Both the position numbers and the translations under genes were made by a program. Shown one piece after another: positions 17,939-26,935 of a stretch of 64,000 nucleotides of DNA (position 1 is its first letter; each line of letters opens with the position of its first letter). A model generated the notes under the pieces. It made no database searches and had not been told where the DNA came from. It worked only from the letters and a program-made list of their open reading frames with translations. The DNA lies in assembly GCA_965205485.1 (NCBI GenBank), contig OZ242180.1, positions 4,544,001 to 4,608,000 on the forward strand, given 5' to 3'. Source of the stretch: Candidatus Latescibacterota bacterium. Its GTDB lineage: Bacteria; Latescibacterota; UBA2968; GCA-2709665.

Positions 17939-20656
17939 ATGGAGCACGATTCCAATCGGGTTAGCCCCCCCTCAACGCTTTTCAAACCGCCGGATCTCGA
18001 CGTCGCCCGCCTGAACATCGAGCGCCACGTCTGGGCCCGTCGATTCTTCGAAGATCTGCTTGCGTCGATCGCCGTCATGCCTCATCTGACGACGGACGAT
18101 CTGATTCAGTGGATTCCCCGTGAGACGCCCAACAGCGAGCTTTTCACTATGTGCCCGGCCTGCGAGGCGGCCCCCGTCCACGGGCACTACAGCTGGAAAC
18201 CGGAGAATCCCGATCAACTGATCTGTACGACCTGCAAGACCGTCTATCCCAATTCGGACTATCCGGAAGACGTCGTATTCGGGACAGACTTCGGCGGCGG
18301 GCAGGAAATCACGTATTATACGGGCAGACACTGGGACCTCATCGGCTTTCCCTTCGTCTCGTCCTGGACCGCCAATATCCGGGCCCGAAAATGCGAGTAC
18401 ATGGCGCGCATGGCGCGTCAGTGCGCGCTGGCCTACGTGCTGACAGAGGAGATCGGACACGCGGAACGGTCCAGGGATATCCTCCTGCGGTTCGCCGAAG
18501 TCTATCCCGGCTATATGGTTCACTCGGGATACGGTGAATTCTCGGACGCGCCAGCCGAGGTCGCCGCGAAGCACATCCTGGATCTGCCCAAACCGGAACT
18601 GGTGGTGCCGCCAAACCGGCCCGACCGAAAGCTCCACGTGGGTTACTGGATGGCGGGACGCGCCACGGGCGTGGGCATGGAAGGCACCTTCGTCTCCGAC
18701 GTCACCATCGCCTATGACCTCACGCGCGGCGCAAGCGCCGCAGGCCGTCCCGTGTACACCCCGGAAACACGCCGGAAGATCGAACGCGACCTCCTTCGTG
18801 AAAGCACGATCCTTCTGCTGGCCGACCCTGCCTTCAATAACAAGAGCGCGACCAACCGCTCGGCCGCGGGCCTGGTCGGACTCTGTCTCGACGATCCGGA
18901 TCTGGTCCGCTTCGGCCTGGACGGGTTCAATCATTTCGTCTACAACTGGTTTCTGGAAGACGGCATGAGTTCCGAATCACCGGGTTACGGATTCATGACG
19001 CTCAACGGCATCCGGCACTTCGCGGACGCCGCGCACGGGTACTCCTTCCCCCCGGATTCCGGCGCCACGGAAGCCCACACGCAGGACCTGGATATATACG
19101 GCGACAGCCGGTACAGGGCGGTGCTGGAAGGATACGTCAAGAGCCCGATGCCCGATCTGGGGTACGGCGTTATCGCCGACGACGTAACCGCCTGCAGGAT
19201 GTCCGTCGATATTGCCGATATAATCGCCGCCCGCTACGGCGACGTGAAACACACCGCCCTCCTCGCCGAACTGTGCGAATTCGATCTGGAGAATCACGGC
19301 GGAGAGTATGCACTTTTCCACCGCGACCCGGACTTGAAAGCCGACCCGGCGGCTCCACTGCTCCTCACGGATCAGTTCTTTCCTTCCCTGCGAATCGGCC
19401 TGCTGCGCACGGGGGAACACGGGCGCGCGAGCACAGCGCTTCTCAGTGCCTCGGACTGGGGCGGACATCACCACGAAGACAGCCTTAATCTTGTCTACTG
19501 GAAGGACGGACGGGAAGTCCTGACCGACCTGGGTTACCTCTGGGACCGTCCGGATAAACAAAATACCGTTCGCACCATCGCGCACAACACCGTGGTCGTC
19601 GACGAACAGGACCAGAAACGCGACGGCCGCGGCGGCGGCCTCCATCTGTTCGACAGTACCGGTCGGGTCAAGGTCGCCGAAGTTTCCTCCAAAGCTTACG
19701 ACGTCGATACCTATCGCCGCCTGTGCACGGTAATCGACCATGGCGGCGCAGGCAGCTATCTGATCGATTGCTTCAGCGTGACCGGCGGCCGCGTTCACGA
19801 TTATCTATTCCACGGACCGGTCGCCGAAGGCGAAACGTGGAACCTGGACCTGCTGCCGAGCGGAGCCGAATGGCAGGACCTGACGGATCTGTCCGCCGCA
19901 CGTGCCGATGAGGCATGGTCGATCCGCTTCGACATGGACGGGCAGCGGTTCACCGCGCATGCGCTGCCGCACTCCGACGAGCAGGTGCTTGTCGGAAGGG
20001 GCTGGGGCGAACGGGGCACGGGCTCACGCGACAATGTCAAAACCGGTGAAACCGTACCGTATGTGGTTCGCCGCCGAACCGGCCTTCCCGCCCGGAGCGT
20101 CTTTCTGAGCCTTTTCGACGTCAGTCCCCGTTCCAGTCCGTACGTTACGTCGGTGGAGCGGCTCGCCCCCGTTTCCGGTGACGCCGCGGCGATTGTCGTT
20201 TCCAGGGAATCGGGCACGGACGTCGTCGTGGTCTGCCCTGAGGGCCAGACTGCCGTTTTTGACGCCCCCCAAGGCACCCTTGAAACAAACGGCCGGGTCT
20301 CCGTATTCTCCCTGGCCCGGGACGGACAACCGGCGTTTACCTATCTTCTCGGCGGCACAATGGCCAGACTGAACGATCACGCGCTGGAACTGGAGGCGCC
20401 GGTTGTCGGTGGAAGGATACTCGACGTGAATACCGACAATACCAGCAGCCGTTATCGTATCGACCGGCTGCCGTCCATCGAGAATCCGATCGGACGCACA
20501 CTGATGGTCCGGGGCGGCGCCTACGACACGGGGTACCCCATTCTGCATATCGAGTCCGACGATCAATCGACGTACGTCTACACCAAACGCGAAGGTCTCG
20601 GATACGATGCCATTCCCGCCGAAGGATGGGAAATAGTACGCAGCGTGAGTTGTTAG
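17939..20656 (+). CDS. Large heparinase II/III-like lyase with a Cys-rich insertion
   Basis: DGMSSESPGY, GGHHHEDSLN, DLGY, AHNTVVVDEQDQ; CPAC and CTTC near the N-terminus. Start taken at ATG 17939. Confidence 0.75.
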   Translation: MEHDSNRVSPPSTLFKPPDLDVARLNIERHVWARRFFEDLLASIAVMPHLTTDDLIQWIPRETPNSELFTMCPACEAAPVHGHYSWKPENPDQLICTTCKTVYPNSDYPEDVVFGTDFGGGQEITYYTGRHWDLIGFPFVSSWTANIRARKCEYMARMARQCALAYVLTEEIGHAERSRDILLRFAEVYPGYMVHSGYGEFSDAPAEVAAKHILDLPKPELVVPPNRPDRKLHVGYWMAGRATGVGMEGTFVSDVTIAYDLTRGASAAGRPVYTPETRRKIERDLLRESTILLLADPAFNNKSATNRSAAGLVGLCLDDPDLVRFGLDGFNHFVYNWFLEDGMSSESPGYGFMTLNGIRHFADAAHGYSFPPDSGATEAHTQDLDIYGDSRYRAVLEGYVKSPMPDLGYGVIADDVTACRMSVDIADIIAARYGDVKHTALLAELCEFDLENHGGEYALFHRDPDLKADPAAPLLLTDQFFPSLRIGLLRTGEHGRASTALLSASDWGGHHHEDSLNLVYWKDGREVLTDLGYLWDRPDKQNTVRTIAHNTVVVDEQDQKRDGRGGGLHLFDSTGRVKVAEVSSKAYDVDTYRRLCTVIDHGGAGSYLIDCFSVTGGRVHDYLFHGPVAEGETWNLDLLPSGAEWQDLTDLSAARADEAWSIRFDMDGQRFTAHALPHSDEQVLVGRGWGERGTGSRDNVKTGETVPYVVRRRTGLPARSVFLSLFDVSPRSSPYVTSVERLAPVSGDAAAIVVSRESGTDVVVVCPEGQTAVFDAPQGTLETNGRVSVFSLARDGQPAFTYLLGGTMARLNDHALELEAPVVGGRILDVNTDNTSSRYRIDRLPSIENPIGRTLMVRGGAYDTGYPILHIESDDQSTYVYTKREGLGYDAIPAEGWEIVRSVSC

Positions 20657-20663
20657 CAAATAA

Positions 20664-20692
20664 TTGACAAACAGACCCTTTTTTGTTACGTT
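20664..20692 (+). promoter_or_regulatory. Sigma-70-type promoter for the polyprenyl synthase-secDF unit
   Basis: TTGACA-17 nt-TACGTT. Confidence 0.55.
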
Positions 20693-20771
20693 GGAAGGTC
20701 TTATCCCGACATCGAAAATGCCGAATTCTCAAGCCCGAACCGCAAGCGGCGCCCGGCGAATCCAAATCCCT

Positions 20772-21737
20772 ATGCTAGATCAGATTCTTCAGCCCGTACA
20801 GCCCCAGATCGAGCGATTCGAAAGACGATTCACGGAGACGCTCGCCTCCGACGTCAATCTGGTTCAGGCCATGGGCAGCCACATTTTGACGACGAAGGGC
20901 AAGATCATTCGTCCGGCCCTCTCGCTGCTGACCGCGCAGGCCATCGGCAGGTGCTCCGACAGGGTAGTGGATGCCGCTGCCGGCATCGAAGTCATCCACA
21001 CGGCAACACTGATCCACGATGACGTCATCGATCTTGCCGACAAGCGCCGGGGCGCGGAGGTCCTCAACCTGAGGTGGGGCAACAAGGCCGCCGTACTGAT
21101 GGGGGATTTTCTCCTGGCCAGGGCTTTGCAACTGCTGGTCGGACTGGATTCCATGGACGTGATGCGAGCCGCGACCCGAGCCGTGAGTCGGATGATCGAA
21201 GGCGAGATCCTGGAGGAAGAACGAGGAAACGACGCGGAGGCCGCACGCTACTTCAAGATGATCGACAAGAAGACCGCGTCGCTGATGGCCCTTTCGTGCG
21301 AGGTTGGCGCCATTCTCGGGGGCGGCACTCCCGAGCAGGTCTCACGGATGTCTACGTTCGGACAGGAAGTTGGAATCGCCTTCCAGATTACCGACGATCT
21401 CCTGGACTTCATCGGTGACGAAGCGTCTCTGGGCAAACCGGTTGGGACCGACGTACGCGAGAGAAAACTGACGTTGCCGCTGATTCGCGCCATTGCCAAT
21501 TGTCCCAACGGCGATGCCGAGAAGATTCAGGCAAAGGTGCAAAACGGCATACAATCCGATGCCGACCTCCAGGAAGTCTTCCGCTTCGTCAGGCGTTACC
21601 ACGGTATAGAGGCCGCACGGCGGGAAGCCCGGGAGTACGCGTCCTCCGGCCTGGAGAGTCTGGCGGAACTGAAATCGTCGGAAGCGCGGAACGCCCTGGA
21701 ACTCGCCGTGAGACACGTGGTCGACCGGCAGAAGTAG
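20772..21737 (+). CDS. Polyprenyl diphosphate synthase (IspB/HepT-like)
   Basis: GKIIRP, LIHDDVID..RRG, KTA, FQITDDLLD, GKPVGTD. Start uncertain (20718 or 20772). Confidence 0.93.
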   Translation: MLDQILQPVQPQIERFERRFTETLASDVNLVQAMGSHILTTKGKIIRPALSLLTAQAIGRCSDRVVDAAAGIEVIHTATLIHDDVIDLADKRRGAEVLNLRWGNKAAVLMGDFLLARALQLLVGLDSMDVMRAATRAVSRMIEGEILEEERGNDAEAARYFKMIDKKTASLMALSCEVGAILGGGTPEQVSRMSTFGQEVGIAFQITDDLLDFIGDEASLGKPVGTDVRERKLTLPLIRAIANCPNGDAEKIQAKVQNGIQSDADLQEVFRFVRRYHGIEAARREAREYASSGLESLAELKSSEARNALELAVRHVVDRQK

Positions 21738-21821
21738 ATCGTCATGACCGCAGGAACAACATTGCCGCCCGGCGCCGTCCCGTAACCGGAGCCGCCGGGT
21801 TTACAGGAATCAAGGTTAATA

Positions 21822-24374
21822 ATGAAAAGAGACAACCTCCGCACTCTGATCATCCTCGCTTCGATACTGCTGGCCGTCTATTACCTCTTCCCCACGTACC
21901 GGTACTATTTCGACCCGCCGTCGGACCCCGACAGGCTCGAAGCCGTTAAACGGGAAGCCGTCAACCTGGGGCTGGATCTTCAGGGCGGCATCCATCTGGT
22001 TCTCGAAGTGGATCCGACCGGTCTTTCCGAAGACGAGCGGGCGGACGTCGTCGATCGCGTCAAGGAAATTATCACCAACCGGGTCGATCAGTTCGGTGTG
22101 GCCGAACCGATTATCCACCGGGAGGGCGAGTGGCGCATTGTGGTCGAACTTCCCGGCGTTCAGGACGTGGAGCGGGCCAAGAACCTCATCCAGACACAGG
22201 CCCGCCTCGAGTTCAAAATCCTGGCGCCGGTAACCGACCGCTTCGGCCTGATCGACAGAATCGAGTCGCGCCTGGCCGCGCGGGCCGGAGACGACTCGAC
22301 AAGAAAGGACGCCGCAGGACTTTTCGAGGAAGAGGCCGAAGACGAAAAACCATCGATCAAACGGTATGTGCTCTCCCTGGGCGAAGATCTGATTGTTCCC
22401 GCCGACAGAATACAGACCGTAAAGGCCCTCCTGTTCGAAGATCCGGAGATCCGGGAGCTCATTCCGGACGATACGCAGTTCCTGTGGGGAAACGAAGTCG
22501 AGGAATTCGGCGATGGCCAGAAGTACCGCCGCCTCTACTATCTGTACAAACGCATCGAAATGACCGGCGAAATCGTCCAGGACGCCAAGGTGACCAAGGG
22601 TCAGAGTTTTGAAAACGCAGGGCAGCCCATCATCAATTTCACCACAACGAACGACGGCATCAAACTCTTCTCCCGGGTGACCGGCGCCCACCTTGAAGAA
22701 CGCATGGCCATCATTCTCGACGACCAGGTCTATTCGGCGCCGACCATTCGGGCTAAAATCCGCGACGGGCGGTCCATCATCGAAGGCAGTGGTGACCTGG
22801 AGGAAGCGAAAGACCTCGCCATCGTGCTTCGGGCGGGTGCCCTTCCGGCCAACGCGCCCATTGTCGAAGACCGGACGGTAGGGCCTTCGCTCGGACGGGA
22901 TTCCATCGAGCAAGGGCGCAAGGCCGCCCTCATCGGCCTGGCCATCGTAATGGTTTTCATGGTTCTTTATTACGGCCTCTCCGGGATTGTCGCCAATTTT
23001 GCATTGTTCCTGAATCTCCTGTTCGTGATGGCCGTCCTCGCCGGCTTCGGAGGCACGCTCACCCTGCCCGGAATCGCCGGTATCATCCTGACGATCGGAA
23101 TGGCAGTCGACGCCAACGTACTCATCTTCGAGCGTATCCGCGAAGAGTTGCGCAACGGCAAGACGGTCCGCGTCGCGGTGGAAGACGGGTACGGCAGGGC
23201 GCTGCTCACCATCGTCGACGCCAACATCACCACCATCATCACCGCCGTCGTACTCTACCAGTTCGGTACGGGTCCCATCCGGGGCTTCGCACTGACGCTC
23301 ATGGTGGGTATCCTCTGCAGCATGTACACTGCGTTGTTCGTCACCCGCACCCTCTTCAATATCGCAATCAATCGCTGGCAACTCACCTCCATCAGCATCG
23401 GCAGACTGACCGTATTCCGTCGTCCGTCGTTTGACTTCCTCAGTCTGCGCAAAGCGGCGTTCGTTCTTTCGACGTTTGTGATCCTGATCGGCGTGGGTTC
23501 CACGATTACGAAAGGCGGCTACAACCTCGGCATCGACTTCGCCGGCGGCACGCTGCTGGAACTGCACTTCAAGCCCCCTGTAGAGGTCGCCAACCTGAGG
23601 GATGCCCTGCAGGACGTCGACGTCAAGGGTGAGAAACGCGACCTCAGACACAGCGAAATCAAGGTCTTCGGACCGGCTTCCGACATTCTAATTCGAGTCG
23701 AGGAAGAGGCGGAAGGGACGGTCACCGCGGACGCCATCAAGAACACGCTCAAAACGGAATTCGCGTCCAGCATTCCCGATCCAACGCAGTGGCTGCGGCG
23801 ACAGGAGGCGGTTGGGCCCAAGATCGGCAGCGAACTCAAACAGAACGCGGTCAATGCCATCGTGGTCTCTCTGGTACTGATCGTCTTCTACATCTGGTGG
23901 CGCTTCAAGCAGATCCAGTTCGGTATCGCCGCGGTCGTGGCGCTATTCCACGACGTTCTGATCACCCTGGGCGTCTTTTCCCTGATGGATAAGGAGATAT
24001 CGCTCGCCATCGTGGCAGCGCTGCTTACCATTGTCGGATACTCGCTGAACGACACCATTGTGGTCTACGACCGCATCCGTGAGAATCGAAAGCTCTACCG
24101 AAGAGACAGTTCGGCGGAGGTCATCAACCGGAGCATCAATGAAAGCCTGAATCGAACGGTTCTCACCTCGGGTACAACGCTGCTCGTTGTCCTGGGCCTG
24201 CTTCTCCTGGGTGGGGAGGTCATTCGCGACTTTGCCTTTGCTCTGATGATCGGGGTGATCGTGGGAACCTACTCCTCCTCGTTCGTGGCAAGTCCGCTGG
24301 TGCTGGTCTGGCAGAATGCCCTGGATCGCCGGAAGGAAACCGCGGTCGCTGCCGCGCGTCGTGCAAGAGCATAA
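21822..24374 (+). CDS. secDF: Protein translocase SecD-SecF fusion
   Basis: LGLDLQGG, GMAVDANVLIFERIREE, LGIDFAGG, GYSLNDTIVVYDRIRE in a single ORF. Confidence 0.96.
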   Translation: MKRDNLRTLIILASILLAVYYLFPTYRYYFDPPSDPDRLEAVKREAVNLGLDLQGGIHLVLEVDPTGLSEDERADVVDRVKEIITNRVDQFGVAEPIIHREGEWRIVVELPGVQDVERAKNLIQTQARLEFKILAPVTDRFGLIDRIESRLAARAGDDSTRKDAAGLFEEEAEDEKPSIKRYVLSLGEDLIVPADRIQTVKALLFEDPEIRELIPDDTQFLWGNEVEEFGDGQKYRRLYYLYKRIEMTGEIVQDAKVTKGQSFENAGQPIINFTTTNDGIKLFSRVTGAHLEERMAIILDDQVYSAPTIRAKIRDGRSIIEGSGDLEEAKDLAIVLRAGALPANAPIVEDRTVGPSLGRDSIEQGRKAALIGLAIVMVFMVLYYGLSGIVANFALFLNLLFVMAVLAGFGGTLTLPGIAGIILTIGMAVDANVLIFERIREELRNGKTVRVAVEDGYGRALLTIVDANITTIITAVVLYQFGTGPIRGFALTLMVGILCSMYTALFVTRTLFNIAINRWQLTSISIGRLTVFRRPSFDFLSLRKAAFVLSTFVILIGVGSTITKGGYNLGIDFAGGTLLELHFKPPVEVANLRDALQDVDVKGEKRDLRHSEIKVFGPASDILIRVEEEAEGTVTADAIKNTLKTEFASSIPDPTQWLRRQEAVGPKIGSELKQNAVNAIVVSLVLIVFYIWWRFKQIQFGIAAVVALFHDVLITLGVFSLMDKEISLAIVAALLTIVGYSLNDTIVVYDRIRENRKLYRRDSSAEVINRSINESLNRTVLTSGTTLLVVLGLLLLGGEVIRDFAFALMIGVIVGTYSSSFVASPLVLVWQNALDRRKETAVAAARRARA

Positions 24375-24399
24375 CGAGGCAATCCCTACCGAATTAGAG

Positions 24400-24427
24400 A
24401 AGCCCGGCGATATTGTCGCCGGGCTTT
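24400..24427. terminator. Hairpin terminator between convergent secDF and PBP genes
   Basis: AAGCCCGGCGA-TATTG-TCGCCGGGCTTT. Confidence 0.7.
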
Positions 24428-24486
24428 GTTCATTTCCTTCCTGGTCGGTTCAAATTGGCAGATTGAGCGCGGAGGGGGTGGTTATT

Positions 24487-26661
24487 TCAGAATTGATACG
24501 CCCGTTTCGCGTTTTCGCGATCCTGTTTCTTCAGGCCGGGGCTTCTGACCACCGCCGCCGTATGGTCCGGACAGGGAGACGTCGGCTCGGATCCGGGCAC
24601 AAACACTTCTTCCAGGCGATTCGGACAATACATGGACGCCACCTCAAACGTATCGCCGCATACCTCCAGCTGGGCGACGCCCGGCGGCAGCTCGAATTCC
24701 TCCGTGGGTAGGCCGAGTGTCTGGTGCGCTTTCTTCATGAATTTCGCCCATACCGGGAGTGCAACGGCCGCGCCCGACATCCTGTTTCCCAGAGAGACCC
24801 GATAGTCGTCGAACCCTACCCACACGCCGGCCACGATCTGCGGCGTGAAGCCTACGAACCACGCGTCCGCGAAGTTCTGAGTGGTTCCCGTCTTGCCCGC
24901 GGCCGGCCGCCGAAACCCGTAGTACGATCGGGCGCCCGTTCCGGTGCCGCGCCAGACACCCTTGGGGGTCTGCTTGTACATGTCCATTACGGACCGGAGC
25001 ATACTCGTTGCCACGGCGGCCGCCTCCGAGCTGAGCGCCTCCTGCTCTCTGCCCTGAACCCGGCTCTCAATGACGTTTCCGTCCTTGTCCGTGATCTTCA
25101 GGATGGCCACCGGCTCCACGCGGATACCGCCGTTGGGAAACGTACCGTAGGCGGCCACCAGGTCGATCAGTTTCACTTCACTCGTACCCATACCGAGGGA
25201 TTTCACGGCCCGGACCCTGCTCGTGATTCCCATTCGCCCGGCCTGCCGCACGGCGGTACGGGGTCCGATGTCTTCCAGAATCTTCGTGGTCACCACGTTC
25301 CGCGACATGGCGAGACCTTCACGCATCGTCATCCAGCCCAGAAACTTCCGATCGTAGTTCTGCGGCCGCCAGAGGCTCCCGTCGAACATCTCTACCGTAA
25401 CGGCCGTATCGGGATACCGGCGCGTGGGCGGGATCTTCTGCGCAACGGCCGATGCATAAATGATCGGCTTGAATGCCGATCCGGGCTGGCGCAGCGCCTG
25501 AACCGCCCGGTTGAACTTGGTCTCGGTGAAGTCCCGACCGCCCACCATGGCCAGAATGTGCCCCGTGCGGATGTCCATGGCAACCAGGGCGCCCTGAACC
25601 ACGGTCGCCCTCAGGGAGTCTTCCGGCGTATTGATACCGGCCCAGAACGCCGTATCCGGCCTGCTCCGCCGTCGCTTCGCATCCACCCGTTTCTGCACGC
25701 TCTCCAGATGGTCCAGCAGGGTCGTCTCCGCAATGGACTGGATTCGGCTGTCCACGGTCGAATAGACCGAGGCGCCGTCCTTGTAAAGAAGATTCCAACC
25801 GTAGTTCCTCTCCAGATATCGTCGGATGTACTCCGTGAAATAAGGCGCTGAGCCGATCTCTTCATCCCTGGTATCTTTGAGGACGATGGGTCGCCGGGTA
25901 GCGGAGAGAAACTGATCCTCGCTGATCTGACCGGTGTTTCGCATCAAACGAAGGACCAGGTCGCGCCTGTCTCTGGCCCGTCGGGGATGGTTGATCGGTG
26001 AATAGAAATAGGGTCCTCTCAGAAGACCGACCAGCAGCGCGCACTCCTCCAGCACCAACTCCCCGGCGTCCTTGCCGAAAAACCGCTCCGCAGCCGACTG
26101 AAGACCGTAGGCGCCATTGCCGAACAGAACCTTGTTGAAATAGATCTCGATGATTTCGCGTTTTGTATACGTCCGTTCGAGCAGCACGGCCGTCAACTGC
26201 TCCTTCACCTTGCGTGTCCAGGTCTGTTTCTGGTCCAGAAACAGATTGCGGGCAAGTTGTTGCGTAATGGTGCTGGCGCCGTGACCCTTCAGACTGCCTT
26301 CCTGCGTCAGGTTGCGCAAGACGGCGCGAAAAATGTCGGGAAGGCTCACGCCCCAATGACGCCAGAAGAGCTGATCCTCCGTTGCCGTCAATGCCTGGAT
26401 TGCCGTCTCCGGTATCTGGCTGTAGGTAATCGGCACCCGGTTTTCGACCCAGAACCGCTTCAGCACCGCTTTGTCGGTGGAAATGATGCTGGTGGTGCGG
26501 GCCGGCTCCACCTCTTCCAGCTGCGCAAACGAGGGCAGTTCGTCCTTGAAACGAAGTACCACGCCTCCAGCGACGCCGGCGTAAACCACCACGCAGATGC
26601 CGCAATAGAGCAAAATGCGCCGCGGGTAGTATCTCAACATCCTGCTGGTCCTGAATCTCAT
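24487..26661 (-). CDS. Class A penicillin-binding protein (PBP1A family)
   Basis: Transglycosylase ATEDQLF..H.G and GASTITQQLARN; transpeptidase GSAFK, SRN, KTGT. Start moved to ATG 26661 because the upstream extension is MITE sequence. Confidence 0.93.
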   Translation of the reverse strand: MRFRTSRMLRYYPRRILLYCGICVVVYAGVAGGVVLRFKDELPSFAQLEEVEPARTTSIISTDKAVLKRFWVENRVPITYSQIPETAIQALTATEDQLFWRHWGVSLPDIFRAVLRNLTQEGSLKGHGASTITQQLARNLFLDQKQTWTRKVKEQLTAVLLERTYTKREIIEIYFNKVLFGNGAYGLQSAAERFFGKDAGELVLEECALLVGLLRGPYFYSPINHPRRARDRRDLVLRLMRNTGQISEDQFLSATRRPIVLKDTRDEEIGSAPYFTEYIRRYLERNYGWNLLYKDGASVYSTVDSRIQSIAETTLLDHLESVQKRVDAKRRRSRPDTAFWAGINTPEDSLRATVVQGALVAMDIRTGHILAMVGGRDFTETKFNRAVQALRQPGSAFKPIIYASAVAQKIPPTRRYPDTAVTVEMFDGSLWRPQNYDRKFLGWMTMREGLAMSRNVVTTKILEDIGPRTAVRQAGRMGITSRVRAVKSLGMGTSEVKLIDLVAAYGTFPNGGIRVEPVAILKITDKDGNVIESRVQGREQEALSSEAAAVATSMLRSVMDMYKQTPKGVWRGTGTGARSYYGFRRPAAGKTGTTQNFADAWFVGFTPQIVAGVWVGFDDYRVSLGNRMSGAAVALPVWAKFMKKAHQTLGLPTEEFELPPGVAQLEVCGDTFEVASMYCPNRLEEVFVPGSEPTSPCPDHTAAVVRSPGLKKQDRENAKRAYQF

Positions 26662-26711
26662 CGGATTCCACCTGACCGGCGTTTTCCGGTCGCGAGCCGC
26701 TGCTGCCCTAT

Positions 26712-26871
26712 CAGTCCGTTGAGAAAGTCGCTCTGCAGGCGAGGGCGAGCCATTGTGGCCGAAGACAAGGCGCGCGACCGAGTCCCATCCGTTGATTCGG
26801 CGAGGGAGCGCAACGCAGTACTTCGACCGCAAGGGCCGGCCGTAGCCCGGATGGACTTTTTCAACGGGCTG
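26712..26871 (-). mobile_element. MITE family B, longest copy (160 bp)
   Basis: Inverted ends CAGTCCGTTGAGAAAGTC / GACTTTTTCAACGGGCTG; exact 4-bp direct repeat CTAT/CTAT. Confidence 0.85.
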
Positions 26872-26935
26872 CTATACCTCGGAATCACGCTGTGAAGTCA
26901 TAAGGGCAGGCCATTTGATTCTGTGGCCGGACCCG

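Noticed and set aside
20664..20771. TTG start at 20664 for the polyprenyl synthase
   Set aside because: That TTG is the -35 box (TTGACA) of a well-spaced promoter, so a downstream ATG is more plausible.
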